Notes: a model not told the origin generated them from the sequence alone. A stretch of 64,000 bases of DNA from an uncultured Gammaproteobacteria bacterium (GCA_964537315.1 CAZIAP010000001.1:379926-443925), one strand, 5' to 3'; positions 38,817 through 48,857 are shown, counted from the first letter of the stretch. Program-made: numbers and translations.

Positions 38817-40126
38817 CTTCCTACACCGATATATGTAAACCCTTGTTCTCTCATTTTTTCAGGATCATATAGATTTCTGCCATCAACTATATTAGGAGTT
38901 CTCATAAGTTTAATAATTTTTCCTGTACTTAACTGTTTAAACTCATTCCATTCTGTAACAAGAATAACTACATCTGCATCAGTAACTGCCTCATATGCAG
39001 ATTGAGAAAATTCCATGTTTGTTAATTCTTTAAAGATCTGTTTAGAGTTATCCATAGCTACAGGATCATATGCTTTAATACGCGCTCCTTTGCTATGCAG
39101 ATAATTAATAATATTAATTGAAGGTGCTTCTCTCATGTCGTCGGTATCTGGTTTAAACGCCAATCCAAGGATCGCAACATTTTTTCCTGACACATCACCT
39201 AGTAATTGTTCAGCTTTATCTGCAATTGATTGTATAGCCTCTTTATTTATCTCTTCTACTTCTTCTAGCAACTCGAAATCATACCCGTTTTGTTTTGAAA
39301 TCTGGATCAATGCTTTCACATCTTTAGGAAAACAGCTTCCACCATATCCTGCTCCTGCATTAAGGAAATACTGACCTATACGCTTATCTAAACCTATTGC
39401 TTCCAACACGTCCGGTCCATTTGCTCCTACTTTCTCAGATAATTGAGCAATAGCATTTGCGAATGAAATTTTTGTAGCTAAAAAGGCATTTGCAGCGTAC
39501 TTAATCATCTCTGCAGTCTCGATATTTGTGAGCACTAGATGTGTGTCACCGTTATTACGAATGATTGGGTCGTGTAGCTCTACTAGTTTATCTTTTGCTT
39601 CTTTAGTTTCTACACCGATTACTATCCTGTCCGGATGTTGAGTATCTGAAATTGCTTGGCCTTCACGCAAAAATTCGGGTACAGAAGCAATATCAACCTC
39701 TGCGTTTTCAGGTTTTAACTTTTTCAAAACTTCCAGTACTCTTCTGTTAGTCCCAACAGGAACAGTACTTTTGACATTTACAACTGTGTGTCCATTTAGA
39801 TAAGGAGCAAGCTTCTCTGCAACATCAAAAACTACAGATAAGTCAGCTGAACCGTCCTCTTTCGGAGGAGTACCTACAGCAATAAACACTATGCTTGATT
39901 TGGTTATCGCAGGATCATAGTCTAGTGTAGGGATAAGCCTACCTGCTTTTACATTCCGACTTACTAACTCTTCTAATCCGGGTTCATAAATTGGAATAAT
40001 ACCTTTCTTAAGGTTTTCAATTTTTTCTTCTGTGTGTCCGATAACATAGACAGTGTTTCCAAGGTCTGCAAATACTGACGCAGTTACCAGTCCAACATAT
40101 CCATGTCCGATAAATGTGATTGTCAT
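38813..40126 (-). CDS. ugd: UDP-glucose 6-dehydrogenase
   Basis: 437 aa. Contains ITFIGHGYVGLVTASVFADLGN…GGSCFPKD, the UDP-glucose/GDP-mannose dehydrogenase family signature. Confidence 0.8.
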   Translation of the reverse strand: MTITFIGHGYVGLVTASVFADLGNTVYVIGHTEEKIENLKKGIIPIYEPGLEELVSRNVKAGRLIPTLDYDPAITKSSIVFIAVGTPPKEDGSADLSVVFDVAEKLAPYLNGHTVVNVKSTVPVGTNRRVLEVLKKLKPENAEVDIASVPEFLREGQAISDTQHPDRIVIGVETKEAKDKLVELHDPIIRNNGDTHLVLTNIETAEMIKYAANAFLATKISFANAIAQLSEKVGANGPDVLEAIGLDKRIGQYFLNAGAGYGGSCFPKDVKALIQISKQNGYDFELLEEVEEINKEAIQSIADKAEQLLGDVSGKNVAILGLAFKPDTDDMREAPSINIINYLHSKGARIKAYDPVAMDNSKQIFKELTNMEFSQSAYEAVTDADVVILVTEWNEFKQLSTGKIIKLMRTPNIVDGRNLYDPEKMREQGFTYIGVGR

Positions 40127-40170
40127 ATATTTAAATTACTAATATCTAAATACAAATAACTAATTAGAAA

Positions 40171-41052
40171 CTAGGCATTAGAAATTTGTGATTTAACTTC
40201 CTGAAGCCCTTCTTCAAAGGATCTCATTCTTACTCCCAAGGCTTTTATTTTATCATTATTCATCGCTAAATTAAATGGCCGGTCTGCCTTGCCAGAAAAA
40301 TACTCTACTCTGGTAGTGGATGAAACCAAAGATTTGTCTAACTCAAAAGTATCAGCAATTTTTATCGCTGCATCGTAGGGATTGAGCGATTCACTGCCTA
40401 CTACGTGGTAGATTCCTGATACATCTTGTGAAATAACTACATCCAGCGCGTTAACAAAATCATCTATAAATGTAGGGTTGAAAATATGATCAGAAACTGC
40501 CCAAACTTCCTGATTAGACCTAAGTCTGTTACTAATCGCCCTAACAAAATCATTCTTTTTATCAAATTTTGCTCTATATGGATAGGCGATTCTTATTATC
40601 ACAGATGACGCACCGCTTTCAGTTACTGCTTGTTCACCTTTCCACTTTGTATATCCATACCAATTGATAGGGTTTGGAGTATCATTCTCGTCATAAAATT
40701 CACCGTCCGGTTTTGTTCCATCAAAAACAAAGTCTGTGGAGATATAAATGATTTTTTTATGGGTGTCTTTACAAAGCTTTGCAACATTTGCTGCGCCTTC
40801 TACATTTATTTTCCAGGCCTCTCCATTTTCATTCTCTTCACGATCTAACTCACATCCATCAACATCAGCTTTAGCTGCAAGTAAAATAACGTGGGAGATT
40901 TCTTCATCACTGGCAAGTAACTCAAGCGACTGGGGATTTGTTATATCGGTTCCTGATGAAGAATTAAATTCTACCAAGGAGTATGAGTTGGAAAGTAGCT
41001 CAAGGATTCTGGATCCGACAAGTCCTGTTGATCCAATAATTGCGAGTTTCAT
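40171..41052 (-). CDS. rmlD: dTDP-4-dehydrorhamnose reductase
   Basis: 293 aa with an RmlD substrate-binding-domain pattern (KLAIIGSTGLVGSRI…). It sits within the rml gene set. Confidence 0.7.
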   Translation of the reverse strand: MKLAIIGSTGLVGSRILELLSNSYSLVEFNSSSGTDITNPQSLELLASDEEISHVILLAAKADVDGCELDREENENGEAWKINVEGAANVAKLCKDTHKKIIYISTDFVFDGTKPDGEFYDENDTPNPINWYGYTKWKGEQAVTESGASSVIIRIAYPYRAKFDKKNDFVRAISNRLRSNQEVWAVSDHIFNPTFIDDFVNALDVVISQDVSGIYHVVGSESLNPYDAAIKIADTFELDKSLVSSTTRVEYFSGKADRPFNLAMNNDKIKALGVRMRSFEEGLQEVKSQISNA

Positions 41053-41068
41053 ATTAATATTGTATTAC

Positions 41069-42100
41069 CTATTTCCCGTACTGTTTTTGATAATATTCCT
41101 GATATTCTCCTGTTTTTACTTTTTTCCACCATTCTTCATTATCTTTATACCACTGAACTGTTTTTTCTAGCCACACCTCAAAAGTATGCTGAGGTTCCCA
41201 ACCCAACTCATTTTTTATTTTTGTCCAATCCACATCATATTTTCTGTCATGTCCTGGTCTATCTTTGACGAACTCGATATAACTCTCATCTTTACCCAAA
41301 ATTTTAAGGATTCTCTTTGCAACTTCAACATTTGGTAATAAATCCATCATTCCACCTACTAAATATGTATCTCCGATTTTTCCCTTCTGCAAAACTAAAT
41401 CAATTGCACGGCAATGATCTTCTACATATAACCAGTCTCTAATCTGCTGTCCGTCTCCGTAAATTGGTATTTTTTTATCCTCAAGCACATTGGTAATTGC
41501 TAAGGGAATTAGTTTTTCCGGAAAATGGTATGGTCCAAAATTATTTGAACAGTTGGTAATTGTGATGGGTAATCCGTAAGTTGTAAAATATGCCCTTACT
41601 AAATGATCTGATCCTGCTTTGCTGGCGGCATAAGGGCTACGGGGTGCATATGATGTAGATTCACTAAATTTTTCATGAGACTCTACTTCTAGAGCACCGA
41701 ACACTTCATCAGTAGATATATGATGAAAGTGTTTGACATTGTTCTTGAGTGATGCGTCAAGCAATACCTGAGTACCTAAAACATTTGTTTTTACGAACTC
41801 CGCCGGTTCAAGGATTGAACGGTCTACATGGCTTTCTGCCGCAAAATGTACAACCGTATCAACACCCGCTATCGCAGCAGATACCTCAGAAGGATTACAT
41901 ATATCTCCTTGTACGAAAGAATAATTAGGATTGTTTTCTACTTCTTTTAGATTTTCAAGATTACCGGCGTAAGTTAGTTTGTCAAAATTTACAATTGTAT
42001 CTTCAGGATGATTTTTCATCCAATAAAGAATAAAATTTGATCCAATAAACCCGGCTCCGCCGGTTACTAATAATTTCATAATTTTCCCTTCTCTAACCAT
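41069..42100 (-). CDS. rmlB: dTDP-glucose 4,6-dehydratase
   Basis: 343 aa. Contains [42 protein letters not shown], typical of RfbB. Confidence 0.85.
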   Translation of the reverse strand: MVREGKIMKLLVTGGAGFIGSNFILYWMKNHPEDTIVNFDKLTYAGNLENLKEVENNPNYSFVQGDICNPSEVSAAIAGVDTVVHFAAESHVDRSILEPAEFVKTNVLGTQVLLDASLKNNVKHFHHISTDEVFGALEVESHEKFSESTSYAPRSPYAASKAGSDHLVRAYFTTYGLPITITNCSNNFGPYHFPEKLIPLAITNVLEDKKIPIYGDGQQIRDWLYVEDHCRAIDLVLQKGKIGDTYLVGGMMDLLPNVEVAKRILKILGKDESYIEFVKDRPGHDRKYDVDWTKIKNELGWEPQHTFEVWLEKTVQWYKDNEEWWKKVKTGEYQEYYQKQYGK

Positions 42101-42612
42101 TTATCAAGCAAGAGAATCCCTGCTATACTTGCTCCTGTATTAACTTCTCCACTCATCACTAGCTCGACAGCCTCAGTAACTGGAATTTTAATTAAAGATA
42201 TATCTTCTGATTCCTCCATTTGTGCATCCCCCAAAGTTAATCCTTGAGCCACATATATTGGCTGCTCCCATGTAACAATGCTACCAGCTGCATGCACTGT
42301 AGCTATTTGTATAAACTTTTCGGCTGTGATTCCTGTTTCCTCTTTTAACTCTCTTTTTGCAGCATCTAAAGCGCTTTCACCCTCATCTATTATACCTGCA
42401 ACACCTTCAATTAAATATTTCTCATGCAAATATCTATATTGTCTTACTAAATATACTTCGTTTTCGTCTGTAATAGGAAAAATGGAAACTGCAGGAGCCC
42501 TTTGAACGTTATGATATATCCTCTTACTTCCTGTAGGCAACTCTATATGATCTTCATAGACTGTAAAGAGATCTTTTTTAAGTATTGTATTGCGGGATAA
42601 CAATTTTGTCAT
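42076..42612 (-). CDS. NUDIX hydrolase embedded in the sugar operon (possible NDP-sugar hydrolase)
   Basis: 178 aa. The Nudix box GIIDEGESALDAAKRELKEETGI is present. Confidence 0.7.
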   Translation of the reverse strand: MTKLLSRNTILKKDLFTVYEDHIELPTGSKRIYHNVQRAPAVSIFPITDENEVYLVRQYRYLHEKYLIEGVAGIIDEGESALDAAKRELKEETGITAEKFIQIATVHAAGSIVTWEQPIYVAQGLTLGDAQMEESEDISLIKIPVTEAVELVMSGEVNTGASIAGILLLDKWLEKGKL

Positions 42613-42624
42613 TGGAAAGCTGCA

Positions 42625-43137
42625 TTATTTAATTGGAGGTCGTTGCAACCAATCATAACCAATTTCTGGATCATCGTGCTCAATTCTTCCTTCTTCCTCT
42701 GGATCATATACCTTTGAAGTTACATAATAAAGCTCTGCAGTATCCCCCATAACTTTACAACCATGCGCGACACCAGGTGGGATTTTGACAATTACGTCCT
42801 CTCCGTTTTCACCAATTGTGAATTCGTTTAACTGCTTGAATGTCGGAGAATCCTCGCGTTTATCGTAAAGCACAGCTTTGAGTGTGCCTTTCCCACAGTA
42901 CCACCAATCAACTTGTGTCTTGTGTATATGCCAAGCTTTTATCACACCGGGAAACATCATAGATCTAGATAGTTGTCCAAATCCTTCAGCAAAAAATGGA
43001 TCAGTCACCCGAATTAACTCTTCAAAAAACCCTCTATCATCACGGTGACGAACTAATTTTTTTACTTCCACTCCTTGTATTAGATTTTGATTTTCCATAT
43101 TATTCTCTTTGTAGATAAGCTGAGACATCTCCATCAA
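42625..43137 (-). CDS. rmlC: dTDP-4-dehydrorhamnose 3,5-epimerase
   Basis: 170 aa. A cupin with the RmlC pattern (VRHRDDRGFFEEL…KAWHIHK…HGC…YD). Confidence 0.8.
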   Translation of the reverse strand: MMEMSQLIYKENNMENQNLIQGVEVKKLVRHRDDRGFFEELIRVTDPFFAEGFGQLSRSMMFPGVIKAWHIHKTQVDWWYCGKGTLKAVLYDKREDSPTFKQLNEFTIGENGEDVIVKIPPGVAHGCKVMGDTAELYYVTSKVYDPEEEGRIEHDDPEIGYDWLQRPPIK

Positions 43138-43870
43138 GCTCTCCGCTTTTTATTTTTTCTGCAACCAGGTTGTTTGCACGCAGCAACTCATCATGAGATG
43201 AACCTGCATCTATCCACCAGTCAATCAGTTCACAATCCAGTGTACCGTCTTTGACATAAAAATTGTTAAGATCTGTGACTTCCAGTTCTCCCCGAGCTGA
43301 AGGCGACAGTCCTTTAATCCGATCAAAGACTTGTTCATCATACATGTAAATACCTGTCTGAGCAATATTAGATTTTGGATTTTCAGGTTTCTCCTCGATT
43401 GATATAACTTTTCCATTTTCATCCATCTCAATTACTCCGTACTGTTTTGACTCAGTCGGCATCTCAACTCCAAAAACTTTTGCGCCTTTTTCCTGCTGAT
43501 TAAATGACTGGACTGAAGGCGAGAGATCGTGTCCGAAGATATTATCTCCAAGTATTACAAGTAATTTTTCGTTGTTCACAAACTCTTCGGCCAGTAAAAT
43601 AGCGTCTGCGATACCACCTTTCGGATTTTTTTGCACAGCAAAGTATAGCTTCATATCAAACATCTCACCCGCATGTAAAAGATCGGTAAACATTCCCGCG
43701 TGATGAGGAGAACTGGAAATAAGTACTTCTTTGATTCCCGCTTTTCTCATTGACTCGAGCGGATAAAAAACCATAGGTTTGTTATAAACAGGGAGTAAAT
43801 GTTTATTAGTAACCCACGTTAACGGGCGAAGACGTGTAGCAAGACCTCCTGCAAGTATAAATCCTTTCAT
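43100..43870 (-). CDS. rmlA: Glucose-1-phosphate thymidylyltransferase-like sugar nucleotidyltransferase (short form)
   Basis: 256 aa. Contains MKGFILAGGLATRLRPLT…KHLLPVYNKPM, the nucleotidyltransferase signature. It overlaps the rmlC start. Confidence 0.75.
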   Translation of the reverse strand: MKGFILAGGLATRLRPLTWVTNKHLLPVYNKPMVFYPLESMRKAGIKEVLISSSPHHAGMFTDLLHAGEMFDMKLYFAVQKNPKGGIADAILLAEEFVNNEKLLVILGDNIFGHDLSPSVQSFNQQEKGAKVFGVEMPTESKQYGVIEMDENGKVISIEEKPENPKSNIAQTGIYMYDEQVFDRIKGLSPSARGELEVTDLNNFYVKDGTLDCELIDWWIDAGSSHDELLRANNLVAEKIKSGELDGDVSAYLQRE

Positions 43871-43892
43871 AATTCAAATATTTCTCTCTCTA

Positions 43893-44159
43893 TTATAGCC
43901 TTCCTATATTAAAGAATAAGAATGCAACCAAGATTATCGAACTAATCAAAATATATTCTATCACAATTTTTCCTTTTAAATCATGATTTAGTTGATGATG
44001 AATAAAGCCAAGAACAATATAAGACATCAATACGAATATTAACATCATAAACTGCAGCGCTACATCTCCACTAAAAATATACATGAAAAAGAATCCTAAC
44101 AAAAATACTAGTCCTTGATAGAGATAGTATGCGTTATGATGAAATGTTGGTTTTTTCAT
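43893..44159 (-). CDS. Hypothetical small membrane protein
   Basis: 88 aa, three TM helices. Confidence 0.3.
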   Translation of the reverse strand: MKKPTFHHNAYYLYQGLVFLLGFFFMYIFSGDVALQFMMLIFVLMSYIVLGFIHHQLNHDLKGKIVIEYILISSIILVAFLFFNIGRL

Positions 44160-44160
44160 A

Positions 44161-45144
44161 TTATAAAATCGACCCGAATCTCTGTAATAATAACAGTAAC
44201 AAAAACATTCCCAAAATCATAATATGATCTATGTTATGACCGACAATCCGAGGAATATTTTTCCTGCGAATTATTACAAAATCCAGAATTAGCGCAAGAA
44301 ATAGAGTACCTACAACAATCGCTGGAATTACCCGTGTGGCTGAACTAAGGTTAATTTTAGGAAAGTTTTCTGCGCTAAGATTTAAAAACGAAGGAGTAAT
44401 AAATATTGTAGGTTTAGGAACAGTCGCAAGTTCCTGAGTCTCTACCTCCACGTCAGTTACAATCGCAGGACTTGTTGCTACCACCGTTGGCGCAGCTGTG
44501 GGTAATATTGTTTCTGCCTTTTCCGGTGTGGGTGCTAAACTATCACTTGATACAGCAACTACGGGTTCATTCTGAACTGGAACATCCAATGCTCCAAACA
44601 TCTGTACAACAAGCACCGTTTCAGTACCTTCTAATGTTCCTTCGACTACCGCAAACCCTATATCTCTATATTTATCAGAAAGCATATTATCGCGATGAGA
44701 CGGGGAATTCATCCAGGCATCTACAACCGATTTAGGGTCAGTAAATCCTTTTGCTAAGTTCTCTCCAGCGAAAATATACCCATAACCTGAGTCTCTTATA
44801 AATTTCCAAGGAGATGTTCCGTCTGGGGCGAAGTGCGCCCAGTAGTTGTTAGCCATCATGTGATGAGCCTTACCATTTGCTGCGTTAACAAGTGAATCAT
44901 TTAACTGTAAAGGAGCCAAACCATGCTCTTGTCGTACACGATTGGTATGATCAAGCAGTTCTTGCTGAGAGATTGAGTAAGATATACCGAGTACATCCGG
45001 ACGAACAACCTGTAAATAATTGAGTGAGACACTGGAAATAAATAAGATTAAAACTAATAGAATAAGGCTTGAATGGTGCAATAGCTTACATCTGAAATTA
45101 TTGTGCTCGTGGGGGATTAAGTAGTGCTTTGTAATTTGTCTCAT
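44161..45144 (-). CDS. CAP (SCP/PR-1, YkwD-like) domain protein, membrane anchored
   Basis: 327 aa. The CAP-domain pattern is present (…NYWAHFAPDG…GENLAKGFTDPKSVVDAWMNSPSHRDNML…), with an N-terminal TM, a Pro/Thr/Ala-rich linker and a C-terminal TM. Confidence 0.6.
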   Translation of the reverse strand: MRQITKHYLIPHEHNNFRCKLLHHSSLILLVLILFISSVSLNYLQVVRPDVLGISYSISQQELLDHTNRVRQEHGLAPLQLNDSLVNAANGKAHHMMANNYWAHFAPDGTSPWKFIRDSGYGYIFAGENLAKGFTDPKSVVDAWMNSPSHRDNMLSDKYRDIGFAVVEGTLEGTETVLVVQMFGALDVPVQNEPVVAVSSDSLAPTPEKAETILPTAAPTVVATSPAIVTDVEVETQELATVPKPTIFITPSFLNLSAENFPKINLSSATRVIPAIVVGTLFLALILDFVIIRRKNIPRIVGHNIDHIMILGMFLLLLLLQRFGSIL

Positions 45145-45221
45145 TATTTGATCATCAAAGGCCAGTAGTATCGAAGTTATGACTGTAAGGGTAAAGTTTA
45201 GTCATACTACTTCATAAATGA

Positions 45222-45536
45222 TTAACCATATATTGGATAATCAATCGTACCTATTTTATTATTATTGAGTGGAATAGAAAGTGCAAGTGATAACGTATTT
45301 GCAATAGCAAATCCAACACGTAGTCCGGTATACGATCCGGGACCTTTTTCACAATAGATGCGTTCAATCTTTTGCACAGTAATTCCTGCCTGGTCACATA
45401 CATTTGCAATTAATCTTAAAACCACATCTGCTCTGGAATCATCTGGAACTGACTCAGCTTTATATTCCTGACCATCAACTGAAACCCATACAATGCTTTT
45501 CTTATTATCACGAGTATCTATATGTAATGTGTTCAT
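45222..45536 (-). CDS. tsaB: Truncated TsaB/YeaZ-like protein (mini-TsaB, 104 aa)
   Basis: The motif GPGSYTGLRVGFAIANTLSLAL is present. Only the N-terminal half of a canonical ~230-aa TsaB is encoded. It is adjacent to tsaC. Confidence 0.5.
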   Translation of the reverse strand: MNTLHIDTRDNKKSIVWVSVDGQEYKAESVPDDSRADVVLRLIANVCDQAGITVQKIERIYCEKGPGSYTGLRVGFAIANTLSLALSIPLNNNKIGTIDYPIYG

Positions 45537-45591
45537 GATTAATGGGTAATAGTTAATAGTTCTTAGATTAGAGTTATTTCTACAAGCTATT

Positions 45592-46164
45592 TTAAAGTTT
45601 CACTGCTCCTTCTCTTAAAACTTTATATGGAGTTACAGTACTATCAACTACTGTTGAGGGTTCTTTTACTTTACATTCACCAGGTAATACGAAATCTGCG
45701 AGACGAACTAGCTTTGGGTTAAGCTCATCAATAGTAAAAGGTGTCTGCTCACCAGAGAAGTTTGCAGAAGGGGCAAGTATTGGAACACCTACTCCTTGTA
45801 TAATACGCAAAATATCTTCGTGGTCAGGCATACGTACTCCTAATGTGTCACTTCCTCCTTTTACCAAAGATGGGACTCTTGCATCATGACTGGGTAAAAT
45901 AATTGTTAATCCACCCGGCCAGTGTTTTTTTATAAGTTTGTTTGCTGAGGGGCTAATTTCATCAACCCATTTACTCGCCATTTCTTTATCCGAGACTAAT
46001 ACTGGCGTTGCTTTATTTTCAGGACGTTTACGAATATTAAATAGTCTAGTAACAGCTGACTCATTGTCAATTCTACAGCCAATTCCAAATGCAGTATCAG
46101 TGGGGAAAATAACAACTCCTCCGCTTTTTATTACGGTTGTTGCTTTATCTATCGGATCGATCAT
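45592..46164 (-). CDS. tsaC: L-threonylcarbamoyladenylate synthase (YrdC/TsaC)
   Basis: 190 aa. Contains GGVVIFPTDTAFGIGC…LGVRMPDH, typical of the YrdC domain. Confidence 0.8.
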   Translation of the reverse strand: MIDPIDKATTVIKSGGVVIFPTDTAFGIGCRIDNESAVTRLFNIRKRPENKATPVLVSDKEMASKWVDEISPSANKLIKKHWPGGLTIILPSHDARVPSLVKGGSDTLGVRMPDHEDILRIIQGVGVPILAPSANFSGEQTPFTIDELNPKLVRLADFVLPGECKVKEPSTVVDSTVTPYKVLREGAVKL

Positions 46165-46225
46165 TAATCAATTATATCAGAATAGAGCAGCTAACGAGAA
46201 TCTTGGCTAATTTTCAAAAGTTATA

Positions 46226-47287
46226 ATGCTATGTTCAATAATGTATAATCAACATATGATACGGTTAGTTCAGTACTTTCTACTTATCGTACCTGCCATC
46301 ACAATATTGATTGACTCTACTGGTAATACATCTCTCGTGAAAGATACTATCGGCATTTCCTCTGGCAACATACTGCTCATTTCACTTCTCATTCTTTCAT
46401 ATTTGAGAATTACTAAGTCGAATAAATTATTTGATATCACGAAATATCGCACAATTATTTTATTTCTTTTCCTGCCTTTACTGCTTATCACACTCACACT
46501 TAGCATTATTGATGCAATCACTCCTGAAAACTATATATACTCGATTACTCGTATTCATCAACAAGGGCTGGGATTACTTACCTTATTTCTAGGTAGCGTA
46601 CTCTTGCTTGCGAAATCTAATAAGTGGTGGAAAAAATATTATAAAATTGTAGTGCTTCTTTCACCTTTAGCAATTATCCTTACTCTGTCTATTACTAAAC
46701 TGTGGCCATACAATTACTATTACGGATTAGTAAAAGAAGATGGCTTAATAGAATATCTTCAAGTTTTAGCATTGGTACTAGCAGTAGTTATCATGCTCAA
46801 AAACTTATTTAAATTTAAATCACAAATGAAGCTGTATGAAATATTATTTTTCTCGGTAGCTGTATTGTCGCTGTTTTTTGTTGCGGGTGATGAAATAGCC
46901 TGGGGACAGAGAATACTTGGAATTGAGACACCGGAGTCACTGGCAGAGATTAACAGACAGGAAGAAATAACCGTACACAACATAAGAGGAATAGAGTGGA
47001 TGGTTGAGATCGCTTACGTAGTTATTGGTCTTACAGGCGGCTTATTATGGATAATTAAAAAGTACCTAACTAAACTTCATACCGGACTTAAATTGTTGGT
47101 TCCTTCATATTATTTTTCACTCCTTTTTCTAATTCCAGCAATCTACTATCTCTACCCTATTTACTCAACTGTAAACTTAATATCAGAATGGTCAGAAGTA
47201 ATGGAACTACTACTATATATGGGAATTTCGGGTCATCTCATTGAACAAATCTATAACACAGTCAGCTCTAAATCATTAAGCAAATAG
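46226..47287 (+). CDS. Hypothetical polytopic membrane protein (about 10 TM)
   Basis: 353 aa, highly hydrophobic. No family recognised. Confidence 0.4.
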   Translation: MLCSIMYNQHMIRLVQYFLLIVPAITILIDSTGNTSLVKDTIGISSGNILLISLLILSYLRITKSNKLFDITKYRTIILFLFLPLLLITLTLSIIDAITPENYIYSITRIHQQGLGLLTLFLGSVLLLAKSNKWWKKYYKIVVLLSPLAIILTLSITKLWPYNYYYGLVKEDGLIEYLQVLALVLAVVIMLKNLFKFKSQMKLYEILFFSVAVLSLFFVAGDEIAWGQRILGIETPESLAEINRQEEITVHNIRGIEWMVEIAYVVIGLTGGLLWIIKKYLTKLHTGLKLLVPSYYFSLLFLIPAIYYLYPIYSTVNLISEWSEVMELLLYMGISGHLIEQIYNTVSSKSLSK

Positions 47288-47293
47288 CTTAAG

Positions 47294-48313
47294 TTACTGA
47301 TTTATTCCTGAGATTGAAAACAGTTCTTGATTAGTAAATAATTCAATATCATTGCTAACTTGAGCATTCAAATGTGAGATTATATAGTTGGCAAACAATC
47401 CGTTCATCACAGTTCCAAGATGTATATCGTCACTTAAAAACACACTTGTCGGATTATTGCTTGGAGTTGTAAGATCAAACATTACTTCGTCTATTGATAT
47501 TAAGCTATCTGATGTTTCCTCTATTAAATCTGTAAAGAATTCGTTAGGATCGGCAATGAAAACGTTTCTACCTCGAGCAACTACTTCCAACTTGTCATTA
47601 ACAATCATTATGGCGTTTGAGACTCGTTCACGCTTAGATCTATCTGGATAAGATTGTTGAACAGAGTACTTATTTCCCCAATCTGGTATTTTAAGCAGTA
47701 ATATTGATACTTCTCCAGAATTTTGTAGAGTATCAACTGCCTGCGTAATATTTCCTACAATTGAGTTCGCTTTTTCCTCTAGCTGTTCATCAGTTAAAGA
47801 ACCGTTATAAATCGCAGGATATCCATCTGCTGTATACGGAGCATAGTCATTAGCTCCTACATAAATTATTGCAACATTTACTCTATTTTCTCTCACTTGC
47901 TGTGCAAGTCCAGTGTGCTGACCTGAGTCGATCATGGTTTGTGCAGTTGCACCAGAACGTGACCAATTATATTCATATCCATCTCTACGTGGCTCAGGCC
48001 GATTATCTTTCCATTCACCAAAATTTACCTCTTTATATCTGGAAAGCAACTCTACCCAATTATAAACAGGAAATGATAAGTATGAACCTCGGATATCATC
48101 AGCCTGGTACTCATCTGATAAACTATCTCCTAATACACCTACTCCCTTTAGATTTACTTCAGACCCTAAATGAGAATTTTCTTTCTCACTGATAGGAATA
48201 TTTATCCTTGCGTCCTGATGATTTACCTTTATCAAGGTAATAATAGATACAGCCAAAACAGAAAATATAAAAAAGTATCCTATGTGTGAAAGATTTTTAA
48301 AATAAGAAATCAT
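47294..48313 (-). CDS. SGNH/GDSL-family hydrolase, membrane anchored
   Basis: 339 aa with an N-terminal TM and GDSL motif block I (GVLGDSLSDEY). Confidence 0.55.
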   Translation of the reverse strand: MISYFKNLSHIGYFFIFSVLAVSIITLIKVNHQDARINIPISEKENSHLGSEVNLKGVGVLGDSLSDEYQADDIRGSYLSFPVYNWVELLSRYKEVNFGEWKDNRPEPRRDGYEYNWSRSGATAQTMIDSGQHTGLAQQVRENRVNVAIIYVGANDYAPYTADGYPAIYNGSLTDEQLEEKANSIVGNITQAVDTLQNSGEVSILLLKIPDWGNKYSVQQSYPDRSKRERVSNAIMIVNDKLEVVARGRNVFIADPNEFFTDLIEETSDSLISIDEVMFDLTTPSNNPTSVFLSDDIHLGTVMNGLFANYIISHLNAQVSNDIELFTNQELFSISGINQ

Positions 48314-48398
48314 GTACTCTTAAATCAAGAGCAATCATTATCCTAAAACAGAATGATAAGTTTTACAAAGATACGTAAGCTTTTAAAAAGAAAAAACC

Positions 48399-48839
48399 TT
48401 AATCACTCACAATTATTTTTCTACTATCATCTGGCAGAAGTTCCAATCTGATATCTTTTCTTTTAGCAGGCATATACTTACCAAGTTTTTCTGGCCACTC
48501 AATTAACACAATACCTTTCGAATCAGAAAATATATCAATTAAGCCTAGATTCAATAAATCTTCCTCCTGCTCTAACCTGTATAAATCTATATGATAAAGC
48601 TGCGTTGCGCTCCCATTGCCGACTTGATGAGTTCTAATCAGACTAAAAGTAGGAGAAATAATTCTATCCTTAATACCTAATCCGCGTGCGACGCCTTTTG
48701 AAAATGTTGTTTTTCCCAAACCTAAATCACCATATAGAAAGACTATGTCACCTGCGTTTAAGGTTTTTCCAAATTCCTCACCAATTTTTTCAGTTTCTTG
48801 CGCATTTTTTGTAATAATAATTTTTTTTCTCATACTCAA
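48399..48839 (-). CDS. tsaE: tRNA threonylcarbamoyladenosine biosynthesis ATPase TsaE (YjeE)
   Basis: 146 aa. The P-loop (GDLGLGKTTFSKGVARGLG) and the SPTFSL motif are present. Confidence 0.8.
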   Translation of the reverse strand: MSMRKKIIITKNAQETEKIGEEFGKTLNAGDIVFLYGDLGLGKTTFSKGVARGLGIKDRIISPTFSLIRTHQVGNGSATQLYHIDLYRLEQEEDLLNLGLIDIFSDSKGIVLIEWPEKLGKYMPAKRKDIRLELLPDDSRKIIVSD

Positions 48840-48857
48840 CTCCCAACTCCTGTATTA

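Noticed and set aside
45145-45221. Imperfect inverted repeat AGTAGTAT…ATGACT / AGTCAT-ACTACT between tsaB and the CAP gene.
   Set aside because: It has a bulged stem with no clear terminator or operator signature. It is noted but not scored.
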